A DNA stretch of 64,000 nt from an uncultured delta proteobacterium. Lineage in GTDB: Bacteria; Desulfobacterota; Syntrophobacteria; Syntrophobacterales; Syntrophobacteraceae. This document shows positions 1-9,967 of the stretch, one piece after another (position 1 is the stretch's first letter; every line of letters starts with the position of its first letter). The DNA is taken from NCBI GenBank assembly GCA_963808625.1, contig CAWEHK010000050.1, positions 96,001 to 160,000 of the forward strand, given 5' to 3'. A program made the position numbers and the translations under genes. The notes beneath the pieces were generated by a model. That model made no database searches and was not told where the DNA came from. It saw nothing but the letters and a program-made list of their open reading frames with translations.

Positions 1-138
1 GATTTGAGGTCACCGGCGATCCATCGTCCGCTTCGGTGGGTTCTGCGTTCGGCTCGAATTGGCCTCGTCTGACATACTCGAGAAGGCGCCTAAATCAGCT
101 ATCAAGCTTTGTTCAGAGATATTTCCCGATATCTCGTT

Positions 139-272
139 CCGAAATTCCAAATCAGAAATCTGAAATCAAGAATCAGAAATCCAAAATCCGATATCCGAAA
201 TCAACGGTCCGGAACCCGGAACGTCAAATCCGAAATCCGATATCCGATATCCGAAATCGAGAATCCGAAATC
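139..272. repeat. Degenerate heptamer tandem array, unit about AAATCCG/ATATCCG/AAATCAG
   Basis: Read directly, e.g. aaatccgaaatccgatatccgatatccgaaatc; ends about 15 nt before the livM ATG at 287. Confidence 0.85.
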
Positions 273-286
273 AAACGGCGGTGCGG

Positions 287-1288
287 ATGACACGAGAAAA
301 GCTTCAGTCCCTTTCGTTGCTTCTGGTAGGAGTGGTGATCTTCGGCTTGCCCCTGGTGCTCCGAAGCCCCACTTACCTCCATATCCTGGTGCTCCTCTTT
401 CTGTACGCCTACCTGACCACCAGTTGGAACCTGGTCGGTGGTTTTGCCGGCGTGCTCCCCCTCGGGCATTCAGCTTTTGTGGGGATCGGGGCCTATACCT
501 CTACCATTCTTTCCCTCCAGTACGGCATCAGTCCCTGGATTGGGATGCTGATCGGCGGGTGTCTGGCGGTCATTGTGGGGGTGCTCATCGGCCTGCCGAC
601 CTTCAAGATGCGCGGCGCCTACTTCGCCCTGGCCACCATCGCCTTTGGCGAGGGCATCCGCGTCATGGTGGAAAACATCGAATACCTTGGGCCGTTCAAG
701 CTCAACGGTCCGCGGGGTCTCCAGATACCGCCGTTGAACACCGGCTTTACCAACTTCATGTTTAACACTAAAGAGCCTTACTACTACATCATTGTGGTCA
801 TGCTCATCGCCGTGCTGGCCCTGACCTATTTTATCTCGCGTTCGAAGCTGGGCTATTACCTCAGCGCCGGCGGGGAAGAACCCGAAGCGGCCATGGCCCT
901 GGGAGTCAATGTGGCGCGATGCAAGCTGATCGCCATGGCTATGAGCTCCTTTCTGACCGCTCTGGCCGGAACCTTTTGGGCACAGTTCACCCTCTTTATC
1001 CACCCGAAAAGCGTCATGTCCCTGGATATTTCCTTTGAAATCGCCTTCATCGCTCTCATCGGAGGCCGCGGCTCCATTGCCGGACCGGTCCTGGGGGCTA
1101 TCATTTTGCGTCCGGTCAGCGATTTTTGCCGCATCTACTTTGGTGACAAGCTGCCTGGCTTGCACTTGATCATCTTCGGGGTCATCCTGATTCTGGTGAT
1201 GATTTACCAGCCACGCGGCCTCCAGGAACCGCTCACCAAGCTGTACAACCGGTTCCTGGACCGCTTTGCATCCGCGCCCGCGTCGTAA
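287..1288 (+). CDS. livM: Branched-chain amino acid ABC transporter permease (LivM-like)
   Basis: Hydrophobic protein with SWNLVGGFAG..LGHSAFVGIGAY, RGAYFALATIAF, A.ALGVN and IGGRGSIAGP motifs; ATG at 287 (GTG alternative at 281). Confidence 0.9.
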   Translation: MTREKLQSLSLLLVGVVIFGLPLVLRSPTYLHILVLLFLYAYLTTSWNLVGGFAGVLPLGHSAFVGIGAYTSTILSLQYGISPWIGMLIGGCLAVIVGVLIGLPTFKMRGAYFALATIAFGEGIRVMVENIEYLGPFKLNGPRGLQIPPLNTGFTNFMFNTKEPYYYIIVVMLIAVLALTYFISRSKLGYYLSAGGEEPEAAMALGVNVARCKLIAMAMSSFLTALAGTFWAQFTLFIHPKSVMSLDISFEIAFIALIGGRGSIAGPVLGAIILRPVSDFCRIYFGDKLPGLHLIIFGVILILVMIYQPRGLQEPLTKLYNRFLDRFASAPAS

Positions 1289-1291
1289 AAA

Positions 1292-1399
1292 GGTAGGCAG
1301 TAGGGAGTAGGCAGTAGGGAGTAAGGAGTAAGCAGTAGGCAGTAGGGAGTAGGCAGTTAGAAAGTAGGGAGTAAGGAGTAGGGGAGTGAGGAGTAAGGC
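1292..1399. repeat. Heptamer tandem array, unit AGTAGGC/AGTAGGG/AGTAAGG
   Basis: Fills the livM-livG spacer; its end contains GAGGAG (1388-1393), the likely livG Shine-Dalgarno. Confidence 0.9.
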
Positions 1400-2125
1400 A
1401 TGACGATTCTCGACGTGAAAGACCTGGTAAAAGACTTCGGCGGGTTGCGGGCGGTAGATACCTTAAATCTCAGCATCAACGAGGGGCAGATCCTGGGACT
1501 CATCGGCCCCAATGGCGCCGGCAAGTCCACGGTCTTTAACTGCATCGCCGGAGTCTACCCCGCTACGGAGGGTGAGATCTATTTCGATGGCAAAAAGGTC
1601 AACAATGTCAAGCCCTGGAACCTCTGCAAACAGGGGCTTGCGCGGACCTTTCAGATCGTCAAGCCCTTTGTCTCCAAGACGGTGCTCTACAACGTGATGG
1701 TCGGCAGCTACGCCACGACCGACCAGCGCTCGCTTGCCGAAAAGAAGGCCATCGAGGTGCTCACGTCGCTCAACCTCGACGACAAGAAGCACGTCAAAGC
1801 GGGCAACCTGACCATCGCCGACCGCAAGCGCCTCGAAATTGCGCGGGCCCTGGCCACGGAACCGAAGCTCCTGCTGCTCGACGAGGTCATGGCGGGCCTC
1901 AGACCCACGGAAGTCGATGAAATGGTAAAGATCATCAAAGGCCTGCGGGACAGCGGCATGACGATCTTCATCATCGAACACATTATGCGCGCCATCATGG
2001 CCTTGTCCGACTGGATTGTGGTCATCCACTTCGGCCGAAAGATCTCGGAAGGGACGCCGAAGGAGGTTGCTTCGGACGAGAAAGTGATCAAAGCTTACCT
2101 GGGAGATGACTATGGCGTTTCTTGA
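1400..2125 (+). CDS. livG: Branched-chain amino acid ABC transporter ATP-binding protein (LivG-like)
   Basis: FGGLRAVD, Walker A GPNGAGKS, LARTFQ, LLLLDE, IEH, C-terminal V.KAYLG. Confidence 0.92.
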   Translation: MTILDVKDLVKDFGGLRAVDTLNLSINEGQILGLIGPNGAGKSTVFNCIAGVYPATEGEIYFDGKKVNNVKPWNLCKQGLARTFQIVKPFVSKTVLYNVMVGSYATTDQRSLAEKKAIEVLTSLNLDDKKHVKAGNLTIADRKRLEIARALATEPKLLLLDEVMAGLRPTEVDEMVKIIKGLRDSGMTIFIIEHIMRAIMALSDWIVVIHFGRKISEGTPKEVASDEKVIKAYLGDDYGVS

Positions 2126-2822
2126 GGTTAAAAATATCGATGTCTTCTACGGCGATGTTCAGGTCATCTTCGATCTCTCGCTGCACGTCAATGAAGGCGA
2201 GGTGGTAAGCATCATCGGGGGCAATGGGGCGGGCAAATCGACGCTGCTGAGAAGCATTTCCGGCTTGGTGCCACCGGCGAGAGGAGAGATCCGGTTTGAG
2301 GGGGTTCCCATTCACAAGGCCCCACCGGAAGCCATTGTCGAACGGGGCGTGGTGCACGTACCCGAAGGGCGGCGGCTGTTTACGCTCATGAGCGTCAAGG
2401 ACAACCTCATCGTTGGAGCTTACAACAAGCGCGCCGATAAGGACAAGGAAGCTACCATCGAGGAGGTCTTCGAGCTGTTCCCGCGCCTTCGCGAACGGGA
2501 ATCCCAGCTGGCCATGACGTTATCCGGCGGGGAACAACAGATGGTGGCCATCGGCCGGGGGATGATGGCCAAACCCAAGCTGCTCATGCTCGATGAGCCT
2601 TCTCTTGGCCTGGCGCCCTTGCTGATCAAGAACATCTTTGAAACGGTGCGCAAGATTGCCGATCAGGGCACCACGGTGGTGCTGGTGGAGCAGGATGTGA
2701 AGCACTCGCTGAGCATGAGCGATCGCGGTTACGTTATGGAACACGGCCGTACCGTGATGGAAGGCCCGGCCAGCGAGCTCATGGACGACCCGCACATCAA
2801 GACCGCGTATCTGGGAATGTGA
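2112..2822 (+). CDS. livF: Branched-chain amino acid ABC transporter ATP-binding protein (LivF-like)
   Basis: GGNGAGKST, VPEGRRLF, LSGGEQQM, LDEPSLGLAP, VEQ, AYLG; alternative start at 2106. Confidence 0.92.
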   Translation: MAFLEVKNIDVFYGDVQVIFDLSLHVNEGEVVSIIGGNGAGKSTLLRSISGLVPPARGEIRFEGVPIHKAPPEAIVERGVVHVPEGRRLFTLMSVKDNLIVGAYNKRADKDKEATIEEVFELFPRLRERESQLAMTLSGGEQQMVAIGRGMMAKPKLLMLDEPSLGLAPLLIKNIFETVRKIADQGTTVVLVEQDVKHSLSMSDRGYVMEHGRTVMEGPASELMDDPHIKTAYLGM

Positions 2823-2829
2823 AATGACG

Positions 2830-2937
2830 GTTGGCTCTTGGCTCTTGGCTCTTGGCTCTTAGCTCTTGGCGGTTGGCTCTTGGCATTTAGCTCTTGGCGC
2901 TTGGCTCTTGGTATTTAGCTTTCTTGGTTCTTAGCTT
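2830..2937. repeat. Heptamer tandem array, unit TTGGCTC/TTAGCTC
   Basis: ttggctcttggctcttggctcttggctcttagctc begins about 8 nt after the livF stop. Confidence 0.9.
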
Positions 2938-2995
2938 GATGACATAGTGAACATGAAAACTTCAGATGATGAACGTTCATTCACAACCATTCTCC

Positions 2996-3115
2996 AGCCA
3001 CTAGTCACCAGCCACTGTTCACTGATCACTGACCACTGTTCACTAGCCACTGACCACTGACCACTAGCCACTAGCCACTCATCACTCGTCACTCGTCACT
3101 CATCACTAACCACTG
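2996..3115. repeat. Heptamer tandem array, unit CCACTAG/CCACTGA/TCACTGA/TCACTCG
   Basis: ccactgaccactgaccactagccactagccactc...; ends just before the AGGAG RBS of aor. Confidence 0.9.
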
Positions 3116-3131
3116 CTTTTAGGAGTACGCC

Positions 3132-4901
3132 ATGCATGGCTTCTACGGACGTATCCTTCTGGTAAACCTGACTGACCGGACCTTTCAGATTGAGCCGGTT
3201 GCCGATGAGGTGCTGGCTGCCGGTCTTGGCGGCAAAGGGCTGGCGACGCGCTTGCTGCTGGAAAAGAATCCCACGGGCGTGGACCCCTTTGCGCCGGAGA
3301 ACCATCTGATCTTTGCCACCGGTCCCCTCTGCCAGAGCCGCATCTGGGGAGGCAGCCGCTACGGAGTTTACACCAAATCCCCGCAGACGCGTCTCTACTC
3401 GGAATCCTACTCCGGCGGCAAAGTCCCCGAAGCGGTCGATGCCGCAGGTTTCGATGCCGTGCTCTTTTACGGAAAGGCCGCGCGACCCACGGTGGTTTCC
3501 GTCTATCCCGACGGCGCGCAGTTCTTTGACGCCGGAGATCTCTGGGGCGCCGATACCTTCGTGACGGAAGCCGAGGTCAAGAAGCGCTTCGCCATTCAAA
3601 AGGAAGGCTATCGCAAGCCGGGAGCGGTGGTCATTGGCCCGGCGGGCGAAAAGTTGCTGCGATTTGCCGTCATTGAAAACGACAAATGGCGTTCCGCCGG
3701 TCGCACGGGCGTCGGCGCGGTGATGGGTTCGAAGCTGCTCAAGGCGGTGGTGTTCCAGGGAGACGCCCGGCGCAGCTTCTATGACCCCGATGGCGTAGCC
3801 GAATATGCCAAAGCCTTCTCCAAGGCCAACGCCGAACACCCCGGAGTCAAGGCCTACAAGGCTCTCGGCACCACCATGATGGTCGCCATCATGAACAAGG
3901 CCCAGGCTTTCCCGACACGCTACTGGGCGGAGGGGACCTTCGAGCATTGGGAAAAGATCAGCGGTCAGACCATGCACCAGGAACACGACGTCAAGCCCAA
4001 TGCCTGCGCCAAGTGCCTCATGGCCTGCGGCCGCCTGACGACGATCAAGAAAGGCCGCCACACCGGACTGGTCATCGAAGGACCCGAGTACGAAACCATC
4101 TATGCCTTCGGCGGCCTCTGCATGATCGAGGAAATCGAGGAAATCGCCTACCTGAACGACATCTGCGACCGCGTCGGCATGGACACGATCACTGCGGGTA
4201 ATCTTTGTGCGTTCACCATCGAGGCCGCACGGCGCGGCAAGGTGGACTACGATATCGACTACAACCAGCCCGAAAAGGTCGCCAGGCTGGTGCAGGAAAT
4301 CGGCAATCGGGAAGGGATCGGCGATGTGCTCGCGGAAGGCATCATCCACGCCGCCAAAACCTGGGGTCTCGAAGACCTCGCCATCCACGTCAAGGGCATG
4401 GAACCGGCCGGCTACGACCCGCGCACTCTCAAGGGCATGGGCTTATCCTACGCCACCTCAGACCGCGGCGCCTGCCACCTCCGCACCACCTTCTACAAGC
4501 CGGAGCTGTCCGGCATGATCGCCCCCGCGACCATCGAAGGCAAGGCCGAGATGCTGACCGATTTCGAAGACCGCCTGACGATCTTCGACACCCTGATCCT
4601 GTGCCGCTTCTACCGCGACCTCTACACCTGGGAGGAACTGGAAAAGGTCATCAACATGGTCACCGGCCTCCCCGCCTCAAAAGAAGAGCTCCGCAAGAAA
4701 GCCGCCGCCATCTCCACCATGACCCGCCAGTTCAACCTGCGCGAAGGCCTCAAGCCCGACCAGGACCGCCTGCCCAAACGACTCCACCGCGAAGCCCTCC
4801 CCACCGGCCAGTCCTTGAGCGAAGAAGAAATGGAACAAATGCTCAAGGAATATTTTCACCTGCGCGGCTGGGACGAGCAGGGCATTCCGCCCGGAACCTG
4901 A
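3132..4901 (+). CDS. aor: Aldehyde:ferredoxin oxidoreductase family protein (tungstopterin, 4Fe-4S)
   Basis: GRTGVGAVMGSKLLKAV, CAKCLMACG (CxxCxxxC), GPEYET, GMDTI, GYDPR, DRGACHL, C-terminal RGWDEQGIP; AGGAG RBS. Confidence 0.92.
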   Translation: MHGFYGRILLVNLTDRTFQIEPVADEVLAAGLGGKGLATRLLLEKNPTGVDPFAPENHLIFATGPLCQSRIWGGSRYGVYTKSPQTRLYSESYSGGKVPEAVDAAGFDAVLFYGKAARPTVVSVYPDGAQFFDAGDLWGADTFVTEAEVKKRFAIQKEGYRKPGAVVIGPAGEKLLRFAVIENDKWRSAGRTGVGAVMGSKLLKAVVFQGDARRSFYDPDGVAEYAKAFSKANAEHPGVKAYKALGTTMMVAIMNKAQAFPTRYWAEGTFEHWEKISGQTMHQEHDVKPNACAKCLMACGRLTTIKKGRHTGLVIEGPEYETIYAFGGLCMIEEIEEIAYLNDICDRVGMDTITAGNLCAFTIEAARRGKVDYDIDYNQPEKVARLVQEIGNREGIGDVLAEGIIHAAKTWGLEDLAIHVKGMEPAGYDPRTLKGMGLSYATSDRGACHLRTTFYKPELSGMIAPATIEGKAEMLTDFEDRLTIFDTLILCRFYRDLYTWEELEKVINMVTGLPASKEELRKKAAAISTMTRQFNLREGLKPDQDRLPKRLHREALPTGQSLSEEEMEQMLKEYFHLRGWDEQGIPPGT

Positions 4902-5200
4902 CGCGATAACCGGCAACTCAGGGGTCGCCTCCACCGCAGCCCGGGCGGTGAACGGAGCGAAGAACCTCTTCCAAAACGACGCAGCAGGGCAAGTTGTCCT
5001 TATCTTGATCCCAGCCAATAGAGCGACATCTTTGCCAGTTTTCATGAAAATTTGTCTCCTTTATGTTATGGAGGGCTTGCAACCGTGGGCCAACTTCTAT
5101 AGTAATGGGCGGTTCACGAACGCCTCGAGGTTGTCAGGCGTTCCGGTACCATTTCGCTCCGGCTTCAACATTGGTTCAAGGTTCAGCAAGGAGGCATTAG

Positions 5201-6494
5201 ATGGGTGGTTCGTTCATGCCGGTCCGGGCATCCCGAGAGGACCTGGATGCCATTCAGCTCGAGGGGCTGAAATGGACCGTTGCGCATGCCTACAATAACT
5301 CACCATTTTACCGGGAAAGGCTCAAGCAGGCCGGGGTCACGCCCGAGCAGGTCCGCACCCTGGATGATCTGCGCCGGCTTCCCTGTTTGACCGCCCAGGA
5401 CCTGCAGGACGAGTATCCGTTTCCCCTGCGGTCCGTGCCTTTTGAGAAAATTCGCCGCATTCATGCCTCCTCGGGGACTACGGGAAGACGGAAAGTCCTT
5501 TGCTACAGCCGGAAAGATCTCGACGACTGGGCGGACATGTTTGCCCGGTGCTATGAAATGGCCGGGCTTTCCGTGGAAGACCGGGTGCAGATTGCCGTCG
5601 GCTACGGGCTCTGGACCGCGGGAGTCGGTTTTCAACTGGGCTGCGAGCGGTTCGGCGCCATGTCCATCCCGGTTGGGCCCGCCAACACCGAAATCCACTG
5701 CCAGATGCTCGTGGATATGCAGAGCACGGTGTTCTGCTCGACGGCATCCATGGCGCTGCTCATCGCCGAAGAGATCGAGCGGCGGGGCATTCGAAAGCAG
5801 GTGGCCTTGAAAAAGATCATCTTCGGTGCGGAACGCCACAGCCGGAGGATGCGGCAGCGAGTCCAGGAGATCACGGGAGCCGAGGAACTTTTTGATATCC
5901 CCGGCCTTACCGAGCTCTACGGGCCGGGTGTGGGTCTTGAATGCAGCGCCCATCAGGGAATTCACTACTGGGCTGATTACTATATTCTGGAAATCCTCGA
6001 TCCCGAGACGCTCGAGCCGATGCCTCCCGGCGAGACGGGAGAGATGGTGGTGACCACCTTGCGCAAGGAGGCGGCGCCGCTCATTCGCTACCGCACGCGG
6101 GACCTCACCCGCCTCATCCCCGAGCCCTGTCCCTGCGGCAACCCGCTTCCCCGGCACGACCATTTGCTGGGCCGCTCGGACGACATGTTCATCTTCCGCG
6201 CGGTCAATATCTACCCCGGCCAGATCGACCATGTCCTCTCTCAAATCCCGTATGTCGGAAGTGAGTACCAGGTGCATCTGTATCATCGGGAAGACGGGCG
6301 TGACGTGATGCTGATTAAGGTCGAACGGATCGATGGCGGGTCCCCCGACCTCCGATCGCAAGCTTGCCGAACTCATCATCAGCGAGCTCCGCAGCCAGAT
6401 TCTCGTTCGCCCCGAGATTGAACTGGTCGACTATGGCACCCTCCCCCGCACCGAGCGCAAGAGCAAGCGGGTGTTCGACCAGCGGGGAGATTAG
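5201..6494 (+). CDS. paaK: Phenylacetate-CoA ligase family protein, one frameshift near 6352
   Basis: HASSGTTG, GLTELYGPG, PLIRYRTRD, GRSDDM; the expected C-terminus (..ELVDYGTLPRTERKSKRVFDQRGD*) is in another frame ending at TAG 6492-6494; GGAGG RBS. Confidence 0.88.
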
Positions 6495-6524
6495 TGGCGA
6501 GTGATTAGTGGCTAGTGGCTAGTG
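6491..6524. repeat. Short heptamer array, unit TAGTGGC
   Basis: ttagtggcgagtgattagtggctagtggctagtg; overlaps the paaK stop; reverse complement of the 2996-3115 family. Confidence 0.75.
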
Positions 6525-6752
6525 CACGCGGTGCATAATGTCGTGAAGCCGGTGGCCAAAAATACTTCCTACCCTAAGAGCAGGGAACAATGCACGGGTG
6601 TTGCTACAGCTTCACCGTGCCCGCCTGAACTGGCTAGCCGATTTCGGCCCAGGTGAATAGTGATCAGGTGGTATGTACTGGTAGGTTGTCAGAGTTATGA
6701 GGAGTGGGCTTGATGGTGCGAGACTGCCGTTAACCAGAAAGGAGGGTCAGCT

Positions 6753-7943
6753 ATGAGATCAAGAAATTGAGGGGGTCTGCGTTTCTTGCCTGGTTGTTGC
6801 GCTTGCGGCGGTTTTGCATCATGGGTAGCTGGCGCGGCGCGGGCCGAAGAACCCATCAAGATTGGGGCTTTTTTTGCGCTCTCCGGGCCGGCGGCTTCGA
6901 TCGGCACGCCGACGAAGCTGGTGGCGCAGATGGTGGTGGATAAGATCAACAAGGAAGGGGGCATCAACAAACGCCCCCTGGAAATGGCCATGGGAGACAC
7001 GGAAAGTGACCCCACCAAGGCGCTTATGGAAGCCAAACGGCTGGTGGAAAGGGATAAGGCCGTCGCCCTCATCGGCCCCACCCGCACCGATGAAGGGCTG
7101 GCGGCAAAGCCTTACATCGAAGACACGGCGCATCTTCCCATCATCATGACGATCGGCGGCGATCCCGTGATTTCAGGCGGCAAATTCGGCCCCTTCAAGT
7201 GGACCTTCAAGACTCCCCAGCGCACCTCGGTCGCTGCGAAAAAATTATATGACTTTCTCCGGTCGCAGAAACAGACCAAAGTCGCCCTGCTTACCGCCAC
7301 CGACGGCTTCGGCAAGGATGGCCTGAACTGGCTGGAACAGCTGGCCGCGGAATTTGGCATGGAGATTGTCATCAAGGAAGCCTTCGCCGTTACGGACACC
7401 GACATGACGCCCCAGCTCCTCAAGATCCGGGAGAGCGGAGCGCAGGCGCTCATTTGCTGGACCATCGGCCCGGCCGGTGCCCGCGTAGCCAAGAACGTCA
7501 AGCAGTTGGGGCTGAAAATGCCGCTCTACCAATGCCATGGACAGCCCGATCCCAAGTACATCGAACTCGCCGGCGATGCTGCCGAGGGAAGCATCATGCC
7601 CTCCACGAAGCTGATGGTGGTGGATCAGCTCCCTGACAGCGACCCGCAGAAGGCAGTAATCAAAGACTTTCTGACGCTCTACAAAGACGTCTATCACTAT
7701 GATCAGCAATATCCGATCAATACCCACTCCGGGTACGCCTGGGATGCGATCTACCTCCTGGCAAATGCCATGCGCCAGGTCGGCACGGAACCGGAAGCCC
7801 TCCGCAGTGCGATCGAACAGACCAAGGGCTACGTCGGCATCAGCGGCGTCTACAACTTGACCCCGGAAGATCACAATGGACTGGGGACAGATTCCCTGGT
7901 CATGGTGAAAGTCGAAAATGGAAAGTGGGTTTTACTTGAGTAG
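6753..7943 (+). CDS. ABC transporter substrate-binding protein (LivJ/LivK family); signal-peptide region frameshifted
   Basis: ARA-EEPIKIGAFFALSGPAASIG, INKEGGINKRPLE, GISGVYNLTPEDHNG; AAGGAGG RBS then ATG 6753, out of frame with the ORF body at 6786. Confidence 0.85.
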
Positions 7944-8017
7944 ATTTCGGATGTCGGATTGCGGATTTCGGATTGCGGATTTCGGATTGCGGATTTCGGA
8001 TTGCGGATGGCGGATTT
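7943..8017. repeat. Heptamer/14-mer tandem array (TTTCGGA TTGCGGA)n
   Basis: ttcggattgcggat repeated three times immediately after the binding-protein stop; reverse complement of the 139-272 family. Confidence 0.9.
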
Positions 8018-8020
8018 GAA

Positions 8021-9076
8021 GTGCAGGACAGTACCTCGATTTCGGATGGCGGATTGATAAGGCAGAACATCAGGAAAATATTCATTCGCTCGACGAATTG
8101 GATTGGTGATGCGGTCATGACCACCCCGGCCATGAGTAGAGTGAGAGCGGCATTTCCCCATGCGGAAATTGTTGTCGCCGCCAACCCGACGGTGGCGGAA
8201 CTGCTGGGTCATCACCCCGACTGTGATCGCCTTCTGATCTACGATAAAAAGGGGAAGCACCATGGACTGGGAGGACTCCTCCGCTTCTGCGGTGAAGTTC
8301 GAAAAGAACGCTTCGACCTGGCCATTCTTTTTCAGAACGCCATCGAAGCGGCCATCATGACCACGCTTGCCGGGATTCCCCGCCGCGCCGGGTACACCAC
8401 CGACTGCCGGGGCCTTCTGCTGACCCACAGGGTGCGAGGCTGGCGACGGGCGCGCCGGTTCCATCACACCGAGTACTATCTCAACATGCTGGCCGGGTTG
8501 GGAATTGAGGGCGGCAATGGCCGACTCCACCTGCGCTGTACCGAAGAAGAACTGGCGTGGGCCAGGGAGCGGCTTCCCGGCGACAGGTGGGTGGCGATCA
8601 ATCCCGGAGCGACCTATGGATCTGCCAAGCGCTGGTTCCCCGAGCGTTTTGCGGCGGTGGCGGATACCATTGCCGAGGAGTTTTCCACGCACATCCTTAT
8701 CATCGGGGGACCGAACGAAGGATTGATTGCCGAGGAAGTTGCTGCGAACATGCGCACGCAGCCTCTTAACCTTGCGGGAAAGACTTCGGTGCGGGAGCTG
8801 ATGGCCCTGCTTTCTCAATGCCGCCTGCTGGTGACCAATGACTCGGGACCGATGCACGTCGCGGCAGCCTTCGGCGTGCCGATTGTCGCCATCTTCGGGT
8901 CCACGGACCACACCACCACCTCTCCTTTGAGCTCATCCTGCCGGATTGTCCGGAAGCCAACCGCTTGCGCTCCCTGTTTGAAAACCACGTGCCCTACGGA
9001 CCATCGCTGCATGACCGCGATTTCCGCAGAAGATGTTGTGGAGGCCGCCCGCCTGCTACTAGGAGGTCAATCATGA
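8021..9076 (+). CDS. waaF: Lipopolysaccharide heptosyltransferase II (GT9); start uncertain
   Basis: NWIGDAVMTTPA, INPGATYGSAKRW, NLAGKTS, TNDSGPMHVAAA, C.PC....CP.DHRCM. Confidence 0.9.
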   Translation: MQDSTSISDGGLIRQNIRKIFIRSTNWIGDAVMTTPAMSRVRAAFPHAEIVVAANPTVAELLGHHPDCDRLLIYDKKGKHHGLGGLLRFCGEVRKERFDLAILFQNAIEAAIMTTLAGIPRRAGYTTDCRGLLLTHRVRGWRRARRFHHTEYYLNMLAGLGIEGGNGRLHLRCTEEELAWARERLPGDRWVAINPGATYGSAKRWFPERFAAVADTIAEEFSTHILIIGGPNEGLIAEEVAANMRTQPLNLAGKTSVRELMALLSQCRLLVTNDSGPMHVAAAFGVPIVAIFGSTDHTTTSPLSSSCRIVRKPTACAPCLKTTCPTDHRCMTAISAEDVVEAARLLLGGQS

Positions 9077-9715
9077 ATTCCGACTCACCACCGTCCGTTT
9101 TGGCCCGACTGATAGAGAGCGTCTCGCGCTCCCGAACGGCAGACACGCGCAAATTTGCATACCTGCTTGCCGGCCTCCTGTTGATCATGGACAGCCGCTG
9201 GCCCAAGGATGGCTTTCTCAACGTTTTCCTGGAAACGCTCGGGTTGGTGCTGGTGGGGATAGGAGCTCTGGGCAGATTGTGGGCCTCGATGTATATCTCC
9301 GGATACAAGGACAAAGACCTGATCACCGAAGGGGCCTACTCGGTGGTGCGCAATCCCCTTTACGTTTTCAGCTTTTTGGGAGCAGTGGGGGTGGCCTGTG
9401 CCACCGGCAGTCTGTTGCTGATCGGTCTGCTCATTGTTGGATTTCTCATCTACTACCCCCTTACCATGGCCGATGAGGAGAAGAAACTTGCTGCCAAATA
9501 TGGCCAGGAGTACACCGAATATGCTGCGCCGGACGCCAAGGTTTCTCCCGAAGTTTTCGCTCTTTCACGAGGATGAAACGTACGTCGTCAATACCAGGAC
9601 CTATCGCCGTGCGTTCTTTGACGCCGTGTGGTTCATTTGGATCTACGCGCTCCTCCAACTAATCGGTGCGCTGCATGCCAGCGGGGTCTTGCCTACCCTG
9701 TTCCGCATTCCATGA
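9073..9715 (+). CDS. Isoprenylcysteine carboxyl methyltransferase (ICMT/PEMT) family membrane protein, frameshift near 9528
   Basis: RLWASMYISG, LITEGAYSVVRNPLY, EE..L...YG.EY..Y, then TPRFLP in the next frame; AGGAGG RBS and ATGA overlap with waaF. Confidence 0.82.
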
Positions 9716-9739
9716 GAGCTGAACAACTGTGTTCTTAGC

Positions 9740-9815
9740 GCCACCCCCGCATGTTTCTGCGGGGGTCGAATCCCCAAGGACACCGGGATTCCCGCCAAAA
9801 GCAAACCGGAATGAC
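9740..9815. repeat. Degenerate REP-like palindromic doublet
   Basis: acccccgc..gcgggggt hairpin followed by gggattcccgcc...ggaatgac, resembling GTCATTCCCGC-type intergenic repeats. Confidence 0.4.
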
Positions 9816-9928
9816 GTAGCGGGGTCTTGCGAGGTGAAGCAGCGAACGAGTATTTACAAGGCTCTGAAGGCGTATAGCACCAAGATCCAACAGTCAATAT
9901 CCAAGATGCTATCAGCCGGCAGCCGGGA

Positions 9929-9950
9929 CTAAGAGCTAAGAGCTAGGAGT
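9929..9950. repeat. Short heptamer array, unit TAAGAGC
   Basis: ctaagagctaagagctaggagt just before msbA; reverse complement of the 2830-2937 family. Confidence 0.6.
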
Positions 9951-9967
9951 CAGAGGTGAATCAGCAA

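Noticed and set aside
36..765. ORFs 36-290 and 109-765
   Set aside because: Translations of the heptamer array plus an off-frame overlap with livM
3096..4388. Long antisense ORFs (also 5300-6379, 9950-11638, 42525-43655, 59066-60079)
   Set aside because: Shadow frames opposite well-supported genes, with no recognisable motifs
6590..6605. Sigma-54-like site ATGCACG-N4-TTGCT
   Set aside because: Lacks the invariant GG at -24
7973..8020. N-terminal extension of waaF (MRISDCGFRIADGG)
   Set aside because: It is the translated repeat array
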